The notes beneath the pieces are model-generated. The model had not been told where the DNA came from and ran no database searches. It was given only the letters and a program-made list of their open reading frames with translations. A stretch of DNA of 64,000 nucleotides. Source: an uncultured Pseudomonadales bacterium. Lineage in GTDB: Bacteria > Patescibacteriota > Microgenomatia > UBA1400 > RBG-16-45-19. The number at the start of each line of letters is the position of its first letter. Position 1 is the stretch's first letter. Below are positions 48,314-58,980 of the stretch, piece by piece. A program made the translations under genes and the position numbers. The stretch lies in the NCBI GenBank assembly GCA_964441155.1, contig CAYYKL010000001.1, positions 152,393-216,392 of the forward strand, in the 5' to 3' direction.

Positions 48314-48737
48314 CAGCTTTTTCTATGACACTTTGAGCTGATTTGGATGTTAAGAGGGTAACGGTTAACGCTTTGGTTAAATTTCCCCCACCAACAATTT
48401 TAATAGTTCTTTTTGCCAAATCTCGCTTCGAAATTATACCTTTTTCTTGGAGCAATTTCGCGTCAACTTTACTTTTAGCTGGCAAGACATCAAGTAGTCC
48501 AACCTTAATTGGCAACTGCTCTTCTTCGGTTGGCTTAAATCGGTCTTTACCTCGCCAAAAGGGCAAGCGTCGACTTAAAGGGAGTTGACCGCCCTCAAAC
48601 CACATGGCAACTTTTGAACGGGTTTTTTGACCTTTTTGGCCTCGACCGACGGTGTGTCCGCCGACACCTGATCCATACCCACGACCTAATCGTTTGGGTT
48701 GTTTTCCGATGACTGCTGGTAAATTATGTAAATCCAT
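48282..48737 (-). CDS. rplO: 50S ribosomal protein L15
   Basis: [25 protein letters not shown]. Confidence 0.96.
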   Translation of the reverse strand: MDLHNLPAVIGKQPKRLGRGYGSGVGGHTVGRGQKGQKTRSKVAMWFEGGQLPLSRRLPFWRGKDRFKPTEEEQLPIKVGLLDVLPAKSKVDAKLLQEKGIISKRDLAKRTIKIVGGGNLTKALTVTLLTSKSAQSVIEKAGGTIDRGKTD

Positions 48738-48739
48738 AG

Positions 48740-49438
48740 TTATTTTGCTTTTTTAGTTGGTTTTTTATTTATCGGTTTTTTAACGATTGGTTTTGCAACC
48801 ACAGCTTCTTTTTTGGGTTCCACTTTTTGAAAAGGAGCATGAGTCTTGGGAGCAGCAGGCGTATCTTTGGTCACTTTTTTGGGCTCATCGACTTGGATCT
48901 TTTTGACGGCGACAAGTGAGCCAATTTCTTTGAGCGCTTCAAACGTTGCCCACACATTGTTCATTTTGTTACTTGAACCCATGATTTTGCACACAATGTT
49001 TTCCAAACCCGCTGCTTCAACCACTGAGCGAACAGCACCGCCGGCAATAACTCCAGTTCCTTGTGGAGCAGGCTTCAAGAAAACTCGAGCAGCACCGTAT
49101 TTCATTTCGTAGGCAAATGGAATGGTGCCCTTGCGAGTTGGAACACTGATCATTCGTTTTCGGGCTCGTTTGACGCTTTTTTTAATGGCTGAGAGCACAT
49201 CAGTTGCTTTACCGATTGCGACACCGACTTTACCATCTCTGTCGCCAACCACCACTAAACAAGTAAAGGTAATATGGTTGCCACCTTTAGTTTTTTTGGT
49301 AACCCGTTTGATTTCGACTACTTTTTCATCGAATTCAGACTGCGGAGCCTGACCATGACCGCCAGGACGACCGCCACGATTCTGATTGTTATTGTTTCGA
49401 TTATTAGGATTATTGGTGTTGGTGTTAGGGTTGTTCAT
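48740..49438 (-). CDS. rpsE: 30S ribosomal protein S5 with an Asn-rich N-terminal and Lys-rich C-terminal extension
   Basis: RVTKKTKGG, VVVGDRDG.VG, PAP.GTGVIAGG. Confidence 0.96.
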   Translation of the reverse strand: MNNPNTNTNNPNNRNNNNQNRGGRPGGHGQAPQSEFDEKVVEIKRVTKKTKGGNHITFTCLVVVGDRDGKVGVAIGKATDVLSAIKKSVKRARKRMISVPTRKGTIPFAYEMKYGAARVFLKPAPQGTGVIAGGAVRSVVEAAGLENIVCKIMGSSNKMNNVWATFEALKEIGSLVAVKKIQVDEPKKVTKDTPAAPKTHAPFQKVEPKKEAVVAKPIVKKPINKKPTKKAK

Positions 49439-49441
49439 AGG

Positions 49442-49798
49442 TTAGACCTCAATGCCTTGCTGACGAACAGACTCAAGCAATGATTTGATTCGACCATGGT
49501 ATTTATAGCCTCCACGGTCAAAGCACAGTTTGGTAATCTTACTCTTTTTTGCTTTTTGAGCAAGCAGTTCTCCCAAAGCAATCGCTCGGGCTGCTTTAGT
49601 TTCTTTAATGCTTTTTAATTCCTTTTCACTCGCTGCAGTCAGCGTTTTACCTAACGTATCGTCGATGATTTGCGCATAGGTGTGTTTATTGGAGCGATAC
49701 ACACTCAATCGAGGGCGCTCAGTTGTGCCTCTAACTTTACGTCTCACACGGACTTTTCGCGCGGTTCGCTGTGCTTGTAATCTTTGTAGTTTGTTCAT
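49442..49798 (-). CDS. rplR: 50S ribosomal protein L18
   Basis: RPRLSVYRSNKH.YAQIIDD, FDRGGYKYHGR. Confidence 0.97.
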   Translation of the reverse strand: MNKLQRLQAQRTARKVRVRRKVRGTTERPRLSVYRSNKHTYAQIIDDTLGKTLTAASEKELKSIKETKAARAIALGELLAQKAKKSKITKLCFDRGGYKYHGRIKSLLESVRQQGIEV

Positions 49799-49817
49799 AG
49801 GTATGCCTTAATCTTTT

Positions 49818-50363
49818 TTAAGAACCTGTCTTGGCTGCTTTACCAGCTTTTCGCCTAATTACTTCACCTTGATAGCGAATGCCTTTGCCTTTGTAAGGCT
49901 CTGGAGGTCGTAATTTTCGAATATTTGCAGCTGCCTGACCCACAATTTGTTTGTTAATGCCACTTATCACAATGACCGTATCTGATTCGCAAGCGAACTC
50001 GACTCCGTCAACTGCTTTAAAAACATCAGGGTGTGAATGGCCAACACTTATAGACAGATCTGATCCTTGTTTTTTAGCGCGGTAACCGGTGCCCACTAAT
50101 TCTAGTTTTTTGCTAAATCCTTCATTCACACCAATAATATGACTTCCCAGAATACTCCTCACCATGCCATGCATGGCTCTGGTTTGGCGCTCATCGTTTT
50201 TTCGCTTGACACTCACGGTGTTTTCATCAATGGTCACGACAATCCCAGCAGGGACTGCAAGTGTTAGCTCGCCCTTTGGCCCCTTAACTAATATTTGATC
50301 ACCAGTGATCGAAATCGTCACTGAGCTCGGGAGCTGTAATGCTTTATTTCCAATTCGGCTCAT
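49818..50363 (-). CDS. rplF: 50S ribosomal protein L6
   Basis: MSRIG, VKGPKG, PEPYKGKGIRY. Confidence 0.97.
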   Translation of the reverse strand: MSRIGNKALQLPSSVTISITGDQILVKGPKGELTLAVPAGIVVTIDENTVSVKRKNDERQTRAMHGMVRSILGSHIIGVNEGFSKKLELVGTGYRAKKQGSDLSISVGHSHPDVFKAVDGVEFACESDTVIVISGINKQIVGQAAANIRKLRPPEPYKGKGIRYQGEVIRRKAGKAAKTGS

Positions 50364-50366
50364 AGC

Positions 50367-50756
50367 TTAATAGACTCGACAGAGAACTTCCCCGCCCAAG
50401 TTTTCCTTTTTAGCTTGTTTATCGGTGAGCAAGCCTTTGCTGGTTGAGATCACCAACATGCCATGTCCACCCAAGACTGGTTTAATATATTTCGCTTGCA
50501 AATAGGTGCGCCTACCCGGGCTTGAAATTCGGTCAATTTTTTTGACGACTGCAATAGGGCCTTCATATTTAAGGGTAATAAGAATTTCTTGCTTAATTCC
50601 CTCACCCTCAAGCACGAAACTATCAAGGTAGCCTTGCTCAGAGAGCACTTTGGTTAACGCCAGCTTGGCCTTTGAATAAGGCACACGGACGGTGGCTTTT
50701 TTAGCCAGGTACGCGTTTCTAATTCGAGTTAATAAATCTGCAATCGGATCGGTCAT
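50367..50756 (-). CDS. rpsH: 30S ribosomal protein S8
   Basis: DPIADLLTRIRNA, ISTSKGLLTD..A. Confidence 0.97.
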   Translation of the reverse strand: MTDPIADLLTRIRNAYLAKKATVRVPYSKAKLALTKVLSEQGYLDSFVLEGEGIKQEILITLKYEGPIAVVKKIDRISSPGRRTYLQAKYIKPVLGGHGMLVISTSKGLLTDKQAKKENLGGEVLCRVY

Positions 50757-50771
50757 ATCGGTTAAAACTTT

Positions 50772-50957
50772 CTAGTGGCTCGCTTTCACGACACCGGGTA
50801 ACTCACCTTTGTGGGCCATTTTTCTAAAACATAATCTACATAAGCCAAATTGACGCATATATGCTCGAGGTCGACCACATAGTTTGCAGCGATTTCGATG
50901 GCGGTTCGCAAACCTGAGCTTTTTATCTTCTCGTAATATTTTTGATAGTTTTGCCAT
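50772..50957 (-). CDS. rpsN: 30S ribosomal protein S14, zinc-binding type Z
   Basis: RCKLCGRP...[18 protein letters not shown]. Confidence 0.96.
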   Translation of the reverse strand: MAKLSKILREDKKLRFANRHRNRCKLCGRPRAYMRQFGLCRLCFRKMAHKGELPGVVKASH

Positions 50958-51505
50958 TATTTACTTTCTTTTTTAAAAGGCATGCCAAGTAATTCTAAAA
51001 GCAAGCGACCTTCTTCTGGATTGGTGGCAGTGGAAATAATATTTATTTGTAAGCCCCGAACTCTGTCGATTTTATCATAGTCTATCTCTGGGAAAACAAT
51101 CTGTTCGGTCATGCCTAATGAGTAATTACCCGCTTGATCAAATGCATCAGTTGGGACACCCTGAAAGTCTTTTAATCGGGGCAGCACGATGCGAATTACT
51201 TTGTTCAAAAATTGATACATACGCTCGCCGCGTAAGGTTACAACCAGTCCGATTGGATCTCCCTGACGCAAGCGAAAAGCAGCAATCGATTTTCTGGCCG
51301 CTGCCACTTTAGCCTTTTGACCAGTAATCTGTGCCAGCTGCTCGCCCATACTTTTAATTGCTTGATCCTGATGTTGGGGTTCTGACAAACCCACATTAAC
51401 CACAATCTTTTGCAATCTAGGCAACGAGAGCGTATTTTTGCGACCAAGCTTTTTTTTAAGCTCAGGCACAATTTCATCAAAATAGCGTTTTTTAAGTTCG
51501 TCCAT
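50957..51505 (-). CDS. rplE: 50S ribosomal protein L5
   Basis: ITGQK, ARKSIA.F.LR.G, VTLRG, FPEI.YD. Confidence 0.97.
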   Translation of the reverse strand: MDELKKRYFDEIVPELKKKLGRKNTLSLPRLQKIVVNVGLSEPQHQDQAIKSMGEQLAQITGQKAKVAAARKSIAAFRLRQGDPIGLVVTLRGERMYQFLNKVIRIVLPRLKDFQGVPTDAFDQAGNYSLGMTEQIVFPEIDYDKIDRVRGLQINIISTATNPEEGRLLLELLGMPFKKESK

Positions 51506-51521
51506 AAGTATCTTTATTTAG

Positions 51522-51833
51522 TTATTTATCTAATGGTTTTCCTGATTTAACACAGATGCGCATAGCTTCGCCAGTCTTAGCCCGCTCGATGCGAACACGC
51601 GTCACTTTGCCTGTATGCGGGCTAATTAATTGCACTTTACTTTGAGCCAATGGTCGCTCAATCTCAACTATTTGACCTGGTTGTGTACCCTGCTTTTTAA
51701 TGTGGCGTTTATATTTATTGGCTCCTTCAACCACGACCGTTCCCAATTTTGGAAACACTTTCGTGATCTTGCCTTTGTAGCCGCGGTCTTTGCCCGCAAT
51801 AACCGCTACTTGGTCGTTTACTTTTAATCTCAT
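51522..51833 (-). CDS. rplX: 50S ribosomal protein L24
   Basis: D.V.VIAGKDRG..G, VEG.N..KRH. Confidence 0.95.
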   Translation of the reverse strand: MRLKVNDQVAVIAGKDRGYKGKITKVFPKLGTVVVEGANKYKRHIKKQGTQPGQIVEIERPLAQSKVQLISPHTGKVTRVRIERAKTGEAMRICVKSGKPLDK

Positions 51834-51842
51834 GATTTTCCT

Positions 51843-52217
51843 TTATAAAACTTCTGGTGCCAAAGAGGCAATCTTACTGAAACCTTTTTCTTTAACTTCA
51901 CGAGCAATCGGCCCAAAAATTCGGGTGCCGCGGGGATTTTGATTTTTCAATCCCTCGATTATGACAGCAGCGTTATCATCAAAACGAATATAACTACCAT
52001 CGGCACGTCGAGTTTCTTTTCGTGTTCGAACAATCACCGCTTTGACCACTTCGCCTTTTTTAACCTGACCTTGTGGGTCAGAAGCAATGACCGAAGCGGT
52101 AATAATATCACCGACATAGCCATAGACATGTCTCGAGCCACCATGGATGTGGATTAAGCGCAAGCGCTTGGCGCCTGAATTATCTGCTAGTTGTAGAACT
52201 GATCGTAATTGCAACAT
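51843..52217 (-). CDS. rplN: 50S ribosomal protein L14
   Basis: [33 protein letters not shown]. Confidence 0.97.
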   Translation of the reverse strand: MLQLRSVLQLADNSGAKRLRLIHIHGGSRHVYGYVGDIITASVIASDPQGQVKKGEVVKAVIVRTRKETRRADGSYIRFDDNAAVIIEGLKNQNPRGTRIFGPIAREVKEKGFSKIASLAPEVL

Positions 52218-52229
52218 AAATTTTCTTGG

Positions 52230-52469
52230 TTATACTTTTTTAGTGACTATTGATTGCAGGGCAAACCGTTTGAGTTTGCTCCTGGGCCTATCGGGGATAA
52301 AGGCAACAGTGTCCCCAACGGTCACTTCATTTTTTTCGTCATGAATCAAATACTTTTTAGCTTTCTTAATAGTTTTACGGTATACAGGGTGCAACCACTG
52401 CGTAGTGACTTCGACAACTGCCGTTTTATCCATTTTGATTGAGGTGACGGTGCCTACAAATGTTTTCAT
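52230..52469 (-). CDS. rpsQ: 30S ribosomal protein S17
   Basis: G.V.S.KMDKT.VV, HP.Y.K, HDE.N...GD.V, RP.SK.KRF. Confidence 0.95.
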   Translation of the reverse strand: MKTFVGTVTSIKMDKTAVVEVTTQWLHPVYRKTIKKAKKYLIHDEKNEVTVGDTVAFIPDRPRSKLKRFALQSIVTKKV

Positions 52470-52681
52470 TGCGAAATCTCCTCAAGCAGTTTTTTTTCAT
52501 GTAAGATAGTTTTAATTTGAGCCATATCTTTTCTAATCTGTTTAGTTAGTCCTGTATTTTTGACTGTTTGCATAGTTCGCTCTAAGCGAGCGGTGGTCAG
52601 TGATACTGCCAGTTCGCTTAATTTATCCACCAAGGCTTTGGTGTCTTTTTCTTTTAGCTGATCTAAGTCTTTACGTTTCAT
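52466..52681 (-). CDS. rpmC: 50S ribosomal protein L29
   Basis: Position between rplP and rpsQ; IRKDMAQIKTIL.E. Confidence 0.9.
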   Translation of the reverse strand: MKRKDLDQLKEKDTKALVDKLSELAVSLTTARLERTMQTVKNTGLTKQIRKDMAQIKTILHEKKLLEEISQ

Positions 52682-52683
52682 GA

Positions 52684-53088
52684 TTATTTCTCAATAAAAG
52701 ATGTTCTAAACGGTAGCTTGTGGCCAGCTTTGCGAAACGCTTCTCGGGCTGTCTCTTCGGTGACTCCGGCCAATTCAAAAACAATTTTCCCCGGCTTGAC
52801 TACGGCTACATATTGTTCAATGTCGCCCTTGCCTGAGCCCATTTTGGCTCCAGCGGCCTTTTTGGTTACCGGTTTATATGGAAATACCCGAATCCATAAC
52901 TTACCGATACGCTTGGTGTGATGCGATATGGTTTTGCGAGCAGCTTCGATTTGCTTGGCAGTCAACCACTTGGCATCAAGGGCTTTCAGGCCAAAATCAC
53001 CAAAGTCTACACTATTGCCTCGCAGAGCAATGCCTGAGCGCTTGCCCCGAAACTCTTTGCGGTATTTTCGTTTTTTAGGTTGTAACAT
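52684..53088 (-). CDS. rplP: 50S ribosomal protein L16
   Basis: MLQPK..KYRK, QIEAAR, WIRVFP, MGSGKG. Confidence 0.97.
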   Translation of the reverse strand: MLQPKKRKYRKEFRGKRSGIALRGNSVDFGDFGLKALDAKWLTAKQIEAARKTISHHTKRIGKLWIRVFPYKPVTKKAAGAKMGSGKGDIEQYVAVVKPGKIVFELAGVTEETAREAFRKAGHKLPFRTSFIEK

Positions 53089-53090
53089 AG

Positions 53091-53747
53091 TTACTCAGTT
53101 GCTCGCTCACCTTTATAAATATAGACTTTGATGCCAACATACCCGGACTTGGTTAATGCTGGTTCCTCGGCGTAATCGATATCAGCCCGCAGCGTTTGGG
53201 TCGGCACTGTGCCGCGACCATATTTCTCGGTCCGACCAATTTCAGCCCCGCCAATACGTCCGGAAAGGATGATTTTAACCCCTTTTGCTCCAGATTGCAT
53301 CACTTTATCCAAAGCTTGTGTTACAGCTCTACGATGTGGGTAACGTTTTTCCAGTTGATCTTTGATTCGATTCAACACCAACTGAGCCTGCATATCTGGA
53401 TCTTTAACTTCTTCAACTTTGACTTCAACCTTAGTTTTCTTGCGATCGGTGTCAGCAATTTTCAACAGTTTGTTGATTTCTTTACGTAGCTCTTCTAAGT
53501 TGACTCCGCCTCGTCCAATGACCACACCAGGTCGGGACACAAAAATATTTACTTTGATCGTATTGATGGATCGCTCGATGACCACCTGGGTCAGCCCAGC
53601 AGATCTCAATTTATTGCTCAAATATTTACGCAATTTAAAGTCTTCCAAAACTTGCTCTTGGTATTGCTTACCTTCTGCAAACCAGGTTGATTTCCAGTTG
53701 TACAAAGGGCCTAAACGAAAGCCGAATGGATGTACTTTTTGTCCCAT
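53091..53747 (-). CDS. rpsC: 30S ribosomal protein S3
   Basis: [39 protein letters not shown]. Confidence 0.97.
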   Translation of the reverse strand: MGQKVHPFGFRLGPLYNWKSTWFAEGKQYQEQVLEDFKLRKYLSNKLRSAGLTQVVIERSINTIKVNIFVSRPGVVIGRGGVNLEELRKEINKLLKIADTDRKKTKVEVKVEEVKDPDMQAQLVLNRIKDQLEKRYPHRRAVTQALDKVMQSGAKGVKIILSGRIGGAEIGRTEKYGRGTVPTQTLRADIDYAEEPALTKSGYVGIKVYIYKGERATE

Positions 53748-53759
53748 AATTTCCTTTTT

Positions 53760-54104
53760 CTAAAGTGTCGAACCTTTAAGTGTAACTTTTACGTGGCTTA
53801 ATCGTTTGATAATTGAGTGAGCTCGACCTCGCGACACTGCTTGAAACCGTTTCAGGCGTGGGCCTTCCATGACTTCAATTGTTTCGATTTTTAACGTTTT
53901 AGCATCGGCTTGCTTGCCGCTAACAGCATTTGCCTTAGCTTGAGTCACCGCTTTGCGCACCACAACTGCTGCTCGCTGGGGCATAACTTGCAAAAGCTTA
54001 AGACTGTCATCAACTTGACGCCCTCTGACTGCATTTGCGATTAGACGCATTTTGCGAGGAGTGAGGCGCAAAAACTTTTGTGTAGCGGTTGCGGTAATAT
54101 CCAT
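53760..54104 (-). CDS. rplV: 50S ribosomal protein L22
   Basis: PRKMRL.A..VRG, A.ANA, GP.LKR....RGRA. Confidence 0.95.
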   Translation of the reverse strand: MDITATATQKFLRLTPRKMRLIANAVRGRQVDDSLKLLQVMPQRAAVVVRKAVTQAKANAVSGKQADAKTLKIETIEVMEGPRLKRFQAVSRGRAHSIIKRLSHVKVTLKGSTL

Positions 54105-54114
54105 ACGTATCTTT

Positions 54115-54399
54115 TTAGGTCTTGGTTAATAAGCGTTTAACAATGCGGCCATGGCCTCTAAAAGTGCGCGTAGGAGAAAATTCTCCTAAGCGATGTCCAA
54201 CCATAGCCTCAGACACAAACACTTCTTTAAATAATTTGCCGTTATGCACTAAAAACGTGAAGCCAACAAATTCAGGTGGAATTTGACTGCTTCTAGCCCA
54301 GGTTTTGATGGGCTGTTTTGTCCCCATTTGTTTTTGCATACTGACTTTTTTAGCCAGCTTCTCATCAACGTAGGGTCCTTTTTTACTTGATCGACTCAT
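54115..54399 (-). CDS. rpsS: 30S ribosomal protein S19
   Basis: [24 protein letters not shown]. Confidence 0.97.
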   Translation of the reverse strand: MSRSSKKGPYVDEKLAKKVSMQKQMGTKQPIKTWARSSQIPPEFVGFTFLVHNGKLFKEVFVSEAMVGHRLGEFSPTRTFRGHGRIVKRLLTKT

Positions 54400-54401
54400 A
54401 G

Positions 54402-55232
54402 TTACTTACTCCGGCGGTCACGAATAATATACCGGTTAGAATATTTTTTAAGTTTTCTTGTCTTTTTGCCCAGTGCTTTCTTGCCCCAGGGGGTTTTTGG
54501 TGCTTTCATACCAATTCCAGATCGGCCTTCTCCACCACCATGTGGATGAGCCGCCGGATGCATAGCCACACCACGAACTGAAGGACGCCATCCCATATTT
54601 CGGCGCCGACCAGCTTTTCCATACTTAATTATCTTGTGTTCTTGGTTACTTACCTGACCAATAGTAGCACGGCAGTCAAGAGAAATCAGGCGGAGCTCTT
54701 TGCTCGGAAGTAAGACTTGGGCGAATTTTCCTTCTTTGCTTTGGAGCGTTGCGGCAGTTCCGGCTCCGCGCACCATTTGGCCACCTTTTCCAGGAGTTAA
54801 TTCAATGTTGTGAATGGGAGTTCCTAGAGGGATTTCTCTCAATGGCAAGCTATTGCCGGGCTTAATTTCGGCCTTATCTCCAGACATGACTTCATGACCG
54901 ACAACCATACCGTCGGGTGCCAAGATGTAACGCTTGTCGCCATCAACGTAGTTGACGAGAGCAATGTCGGCACTGCGGTTTGGATCATATTCAATCGAAA
55001 CCACTTTACCCATAACATCAATTTTATTGCGCCTAAAATCTATGAGTCGAAGTTTGCGTTTTTGAGCCCCTCCTCGATGACGAATAGTAATTTTACCCTG
55101 ATTATTGCGGCCCGTAATTTTGCTTTTGATTTTACTCAAAGCTTTTAATGGCTTTTTGGTCGAATACTTCTTGCTTGAAATGTAAGAAGCATGTCGGCGG
55201 CCGTTACTGGTAGGTCTTGATTGAGTGATCAT
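54402..55232 (-). CDS. rplB: 50S ribosomal protein L2
   Basis: [28 protein letters not shown]...HPHGGGEG. Confidence 0.98.
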   Translation of the reverse strand: MITQSRPTSNGRRHASYISSKKYSTKKPLKALSKIKSKITGRNNQGKITIRHRGGAQKRKLRLIDFRRNKIDVMGKVVSIEYDPNRSADIALVNYVDGDKRYILAPDGMVVGHEVMSGDKAEIKPGNSLPLREIPLGTPIHNIELTPGKGGQMVRGAGTAATLQSKEGKFAQVLLPSKELRLISLDCRATIGQVSNQEHKIIKYGKAGRRRNMGWRPSVRGVAMHPAAHPHGGGEGRSGIGMKAPKTPWGKKALGKKTRKLKKYSNRYIIRDRRSK

Positions 55233-55235
55233 AGT

Positions 55236-55535
55236 TTAAGCTTGATTATTAGTTTCAAATAAAGGCAAGGATTCGCCTTGTTTTAATTGAATATATGCAC
55301 GTTTTACCTTTGAGGTAGCTGTCGGTAATCTTCGCTTACCTGTTCGCTTGGTGAGCGAGGGGAAAGTGACGGTGCGAATACCAATGACATGCACTTTATA
55401 GAGCGATTCAACAGCTAGTTTGATGTCATGCTTGGTTGCTTTCACATCAACCTCGAACATAAAGGTGCTTAAAGCGGCTGCAGCCTGGCTTTTTTCGGTA
55501 ATAATGGGACGTTTTAATACAAAGGCTTGGTTCAT
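55236..55535 (-). CDS. rplW: 50S ribosomal protein L23
   Basis: PIITEK, F.V...ATK..IK.AVE. Confidence 0.94.
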   Translation of the reverse strand: MNQAFVLKRPIITEKSQAAAALSTFMFEVDVKATKHDIKLAVESLYKVHVIGIRTVTFPSLTKRTGKRRLPTATSKVKRAYIQLKQGESLPLFETNNQA

Positions 55536-55544
55536 GGTGATTAC

Positions 55545-56378
55545 TTATGCTACTTTTTTAGTGGTACTTTTTTTGACAGCTGGCTTGGTTGCTGTAGTGG
55601 TTTTCTTGACAGCAGTTGCTTTTTTGCTTTGTTTTTTTGGTGTCTTGCTGGCAACTGCTTTAGTTGTTTTTGGAAGTGAAGCGACTGCTTTGGTGGGTGC
55701 AATTTCGGTGTGAACGACTTCCATTTCCGCTTTGGCTCCAGCATACGTTTGACTCAAAACTGAAATAGACTCTTTTGCAAGGATAATCGTGTTTGCATGG
55801 AGAATTTCGTGAGTATTCAATCGTTTGGCTTGGGTAATCGCAACTCCTTTTAGGTTGGAGCTTGCGTTTATAATGCCTTCAAAGACATCGGGCAAAATGA
55901 TTAATACTTTACGTGTTGTGGGATAGTTAGTCACCTTAGTGAGCAGTTGAATGAATGCTTTGGTTTTATTCTCGACCTTATCAAGGTTGTTCATGACCAC
56001 GAGCTCGTTGTTTTTGACGCGTAAGGAAAGTGCTCCAAGAAGCGCCCTGCGCCGCATTTTCTTAGGGAGTGTTTTTGAAAAATTGGCATTAGCTTTAGGA
56101 CCATGAGCCACACCACCACCCACAAAAATATGTGCTTTTCGTGAACCATGGCGAGCTCGGCCGGTACCTTTTTGACGCCAAATTTTGGCAGTGGTTCGGT
56201 TGACTTCGGATCGACTCTGAGCTTTGCGGGTAGCTTGCCGTTGGTTGGATAAGTACACATTTACTGCCAAAGCAAGAAGCGCAGTTGAAGCCTCTGTTCC
56301 AAAAATGTTTTCGGGCAACTGAGTGTCCCCGATTTTTTCGCCTTTGATTGAATATTCTGGTACGGTTATTGTTTTCAT
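55545..56378 (-). CDS. rplD: 50S ribosomal protein L4 with a Lys/Thr/Ala-rich C-terminal extension
   Basis: WRQKGTGRARHGS, GGG.AHGP. Confidence 0.96.
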   Translation of the reverse strand: MKTITVPEYSIKGEKIGDTQLPENIFGTEASTALLALAVNVYLSNQRQATRKAQSRSEVNRTTAKIWRQKGTGRARHGSRKAHIFVGGGVAHGPKANANFSKTLPKKMRRRALLGALSLRVKNNELVVMNNLDKVENKTKAFIQLLTKVTNYPTTRKVLIILPDVFEGIINASSNLKGVAITQAKRLNTHEILHANTIILAKESISVLSQTYAGAKAEMEVVHTEIAPTKAVASLPKTTKAVASKTPKKQSKKATAVKKTTTATKPAVKKSTTKKVA

Positions 56379-56384
56379 AGTGTT

Positions 56385-57137
56385 TTATTCGTTTGAAGTG
56401 CTTTCAGTAACCACCTCGGATACTTCGGCTTCTTGATTGGTTTCTGGAGTTACTTCGATAGTAGGTTCAACCAAAAGTGATTTTGGATGCATCACTATTT
56501 CTTTTTGGCCGTCACGCATTTTTGTGATCGTCACAAGCGTGCCTTTGTGACCAGGAATTGGGCCGTCAAGAAAAATGAGATGCTTGGTCGTATCGATTGC
56601 CAACACTTGCATGTTGCGAATGGTTTTGATGGCAGTACCCATATGACCGGCCATTTTTTTACCTTTATATACGCGACCCGGCGTTGTTCCTTGTCCGATT
56701 GACCCAGGAGCACGTTCGCGATCTGATTGACCATGGGTTCGTGGTCCACCGGCAAATCCCCAGCGCTTTACGACTCCAGCAAAACCCTTGCCTTTGGTCG
56801 TGCCTGCCACTTTGACGACATCACCAACTTTTAGCAGAGCATCTGCAGATAGTGTGTCTCCCACGCTTAAAGTTTCATCGGGAGCTAATGTTAATTCTTT
56901 GATTCGCTTAGGAGCCATAGTTACACCCGAGGAAAGCAAGTGCTTTGCTTGAGGGTTGTTGGCTTTTTTATTTTTCTGACCCACAACCACTTGAGCCGCA
57001 GTGTAACCATCTTTATCGATAGTTTTAACCTGAGAGACAATCAATGGTTCAATCGACACAATAGTGACACTATGGCGCTTGCCTTGTTTGTCCCACGCTT
57101 GGGTCATCGTTTGTTTGTAGCCAAAATATGTGTTCAT
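56385..57137 (-). CDS. rplC: 50S ribosomal protein L3 with an acidic C-terminal extension
   Basis: DGY.A.Q, KGKGFAGVVKRW, RAPGSIG...PGRV.KGKKMAG; start at ATG 57137. Confidence 0.97.
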   Translation of the reverse strand: MNTYFGYKQTMTQAWDKQGKRHSVTIVSIEPLIVSQVKTIDKDGYTAAQVVVGQKNKKANNPQAKHLLSSGVTMAPKRIKELTLAPDETLSVGDTLSADALLKVGDVVKVAGTTKGKGFAGVVKRWGFAGGPRTHGQSDRERAPGSIGQGTTPGRVYKGKKMAGHMGTAIKTIRNMQVLAIDTTKHLIFLDGPIPGHKGTLVTITKMRDGQKEIVMHPKSLLVEPTIEVTPETNQEAEVSEVVTESTSNE

Positions 57138-57317
57138 AGTTAGTGCGGGTTTTTTAGAGAAAAACCCCGTAAAAAAAGCAACCAAGAACTGGCTGCTTAT
57201 CAAGTGAAAGCATGTAATCAGTTCTCGCTTTACGTTCAATTAAGTTTAGTATGGCGTGCATACGGTAACTTAATTGTTTTGCAGCGAAAAAATCTTTAAA
57301 AAAGATTTAACGCGTAT

Positions 57318-57632
57318 TTACATTTTAATTTCGATACCCACTCCAGCTGGCAATTCCAGATGCATGAGTGAGTCAATGGTTTTTCCGGTTGGCTTAATGA
57401 TATCGATCAAGCGCTTGTGAGTTAAGATTTTAAAGTGTTCCTGTGAGTTCTTGTCCACATGGGGCGACGTGGTAACCGTGAACCCTTTTCGATTGGTGGG
57501 TAGCGGCACGGGACCAACAACTTTCGCTCCAGTTGAAAGGGCAGTTTCTAATATCTTAGCTGCTGCCTCATCAATGACCCGGTGATCAAATGATTTTAAT
57601 CGAACTCTGATTCGCGCTTGAGCGTTTGCCAT
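57318..57632 (-). CDS. rpsJ: 30S ribosomal protein S10
   Basis: [33 protein letters not shown]. Confidence 0.97.
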   Translation of the reverse strand: MANAQARIRVRLKSFDHRVIDEAAAKILETALSTGAKVVGPVPLPTNRKGFTVTTSPHVDKNSQEHFKILTHKRLIDIIKPTGKTIDSLMHLELPAGVGIEIKM

Positions 57633-57676
57633 AATATTTTAAATTGCTTTTTTAGTACTTCTCTTATTAAAGTCAA

Positions 57677-57702
57677 GATCCCGGGTTTTTAAGCCCGGGA
57701 TC
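57677..57702. terminator. GC-rich stem-loop between tuf and rpsJ
   Basis: GATCCCGGG-N8-CCCGGGATC perfect inverted repeat. Confidence 0.55.
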
Positions 57703-57722
57703 CAAACATGTCTATTATTTAA

Positions 57723-58907
57723 TTATTTAACAATCTTTGTAATGGCGCCTGCACCAATGGTTCGGCCACCTTCACGGATAGCAAAGCGTAAACCTTGCTC
57801 CATAGCAACGGGTTGAATGAGTTTTACCTTCATATTGGCGTTGTCACCAGGCATAACCATTTCGACACCCTCAGCCAAGGTCACTTCTCCAGTTACATCA
57901 GTGGTTCTGATGTAGAACTGTGGTCTGTAACCAGTGAAGAATGGGCTATGACGGCCACCTTCTTCTTTGGTGAGGATATACACTTCAGCTTCAAATTCGG
58001 TGTGAGCCGTGACTGAGCCTGGCTTGACGATAACTTGACCACGCTCGATGTCATCTTTTTCAATACCGCGCAGCAGTATGCCGACATTGTCACCTGCTTG
58101 ACCTTCGTCGAGGGTTTTTCTAAACATTTCGACACCAGTAACGGTACTCTTTTTGGCAGTTTTCAATAGTCCAACGACTTCAATTTCTTCGCCGACTTTG
58201 ACTTGACCGCGCTCAATTCTACCCGTGGCAACGGTACCGCGACCCTTGATGGAGAAGACATCTTCAACTGGCATCAAGAAAGGCTTGTCAATGGCGCGCT
58301 CAGGTACGGGAATATACTCATCAACTTTATTCATGAGGTCAGTGATAGCTTGTTGATAGGTGGCATCACCTTCCAAAGCTTTAAGCGCACTCACGCGAAT
58401 AACAGGGATTTCATCACCCGGGTATTCGTATTTGGTCAAAAGTTCACGGATTTCCATCTCGACTAAGTCGAGTAATTCCGGATCATCGACCATATCGACT
58501 TTATTCAAAGCGACAACGATTTTAGGCACATTGACTTGTTTAGCTAACAAGATATGCTCTCGGGTTTGTGGCATGGGACCATCAGTGGCAGCAACGACCA
58601 AAATAGCGCCATCCATTTGAGCCGCACCAGTGATCATGTTTTTGATGTAATCAGCATGACCGGGAGCGTCAATATGAGCATAGTGACGCTTTTCGGTTTC
58701 GTACTCAATGTGAGAGACATTAATCGTGACACCTCTAGCTTTTTCTTCAGGAGCGTTATCAATATCGTTGTATCCTTTTGCTGTTGCTAAACCAGATTTG
58801 GCTAATGTGGTGGTAATAGCGGCAGTTAAAGTGGTCTTGCCATGGTCAACGTGACCGATGGTGCCGATATTAATATGTGGTTTATTGCGAACGTATTTGT
58901 CTGCCAT
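57723..58907 (-). CDS. tuf: Elongation factor Tu
   Basis: [28 protein letters not shown]. Confidence 0.99.
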   Translation of the reverse strand: MADKYVRNKPHINIGTIGHVDHGKTTLTAAITTTLAKSGLATAKGYNDIDNAPEEKARGVTINVSHIEYETEKRHYAHIDAPGHADYIKNMITGAAQMDGAILVVAATDGPMPQTREHILLAKQVNVPKIVVALNKVDMVDDPELLDLVEMEIRELLTKYEYPGDEIPVIRVSALKALEGDATYQQAITDLMNKVDEYIPVPERAIDKPFLMPVEDVFSIKGRGTVATGRIERGQVKVGEEIEVVGLLKTAKKSTVTGVEMFRKTLDEGQAGDNVGILLRGIEKDDIERGQVIVKPGSVTAHTEFEAEVYILTKEEGGRHSPFFTGYRPQFYIRTTDVTGEVTLAEGVEMVMPGDNANMKVKLIQPVAMEQGLRFAIREGGRTIGAGAITKIVK

Positions 58908-58980
58908 GATGCTCCTTAGCTTTGTAATAACTTATAATTTCTGTCCAAATTACTATCTCGTTGCTGCCGCACTTATCATC

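Noticed and set aside
57138-57239. N-terminal extensions in the ORF track for rplC (also rpoA 41064-41120, TrmB 37706-37759, GT4 33760-33825)
   Set aside because: These come from upstream alternative start codons; conserved sequence and promoter positions favour the downstream ATGs
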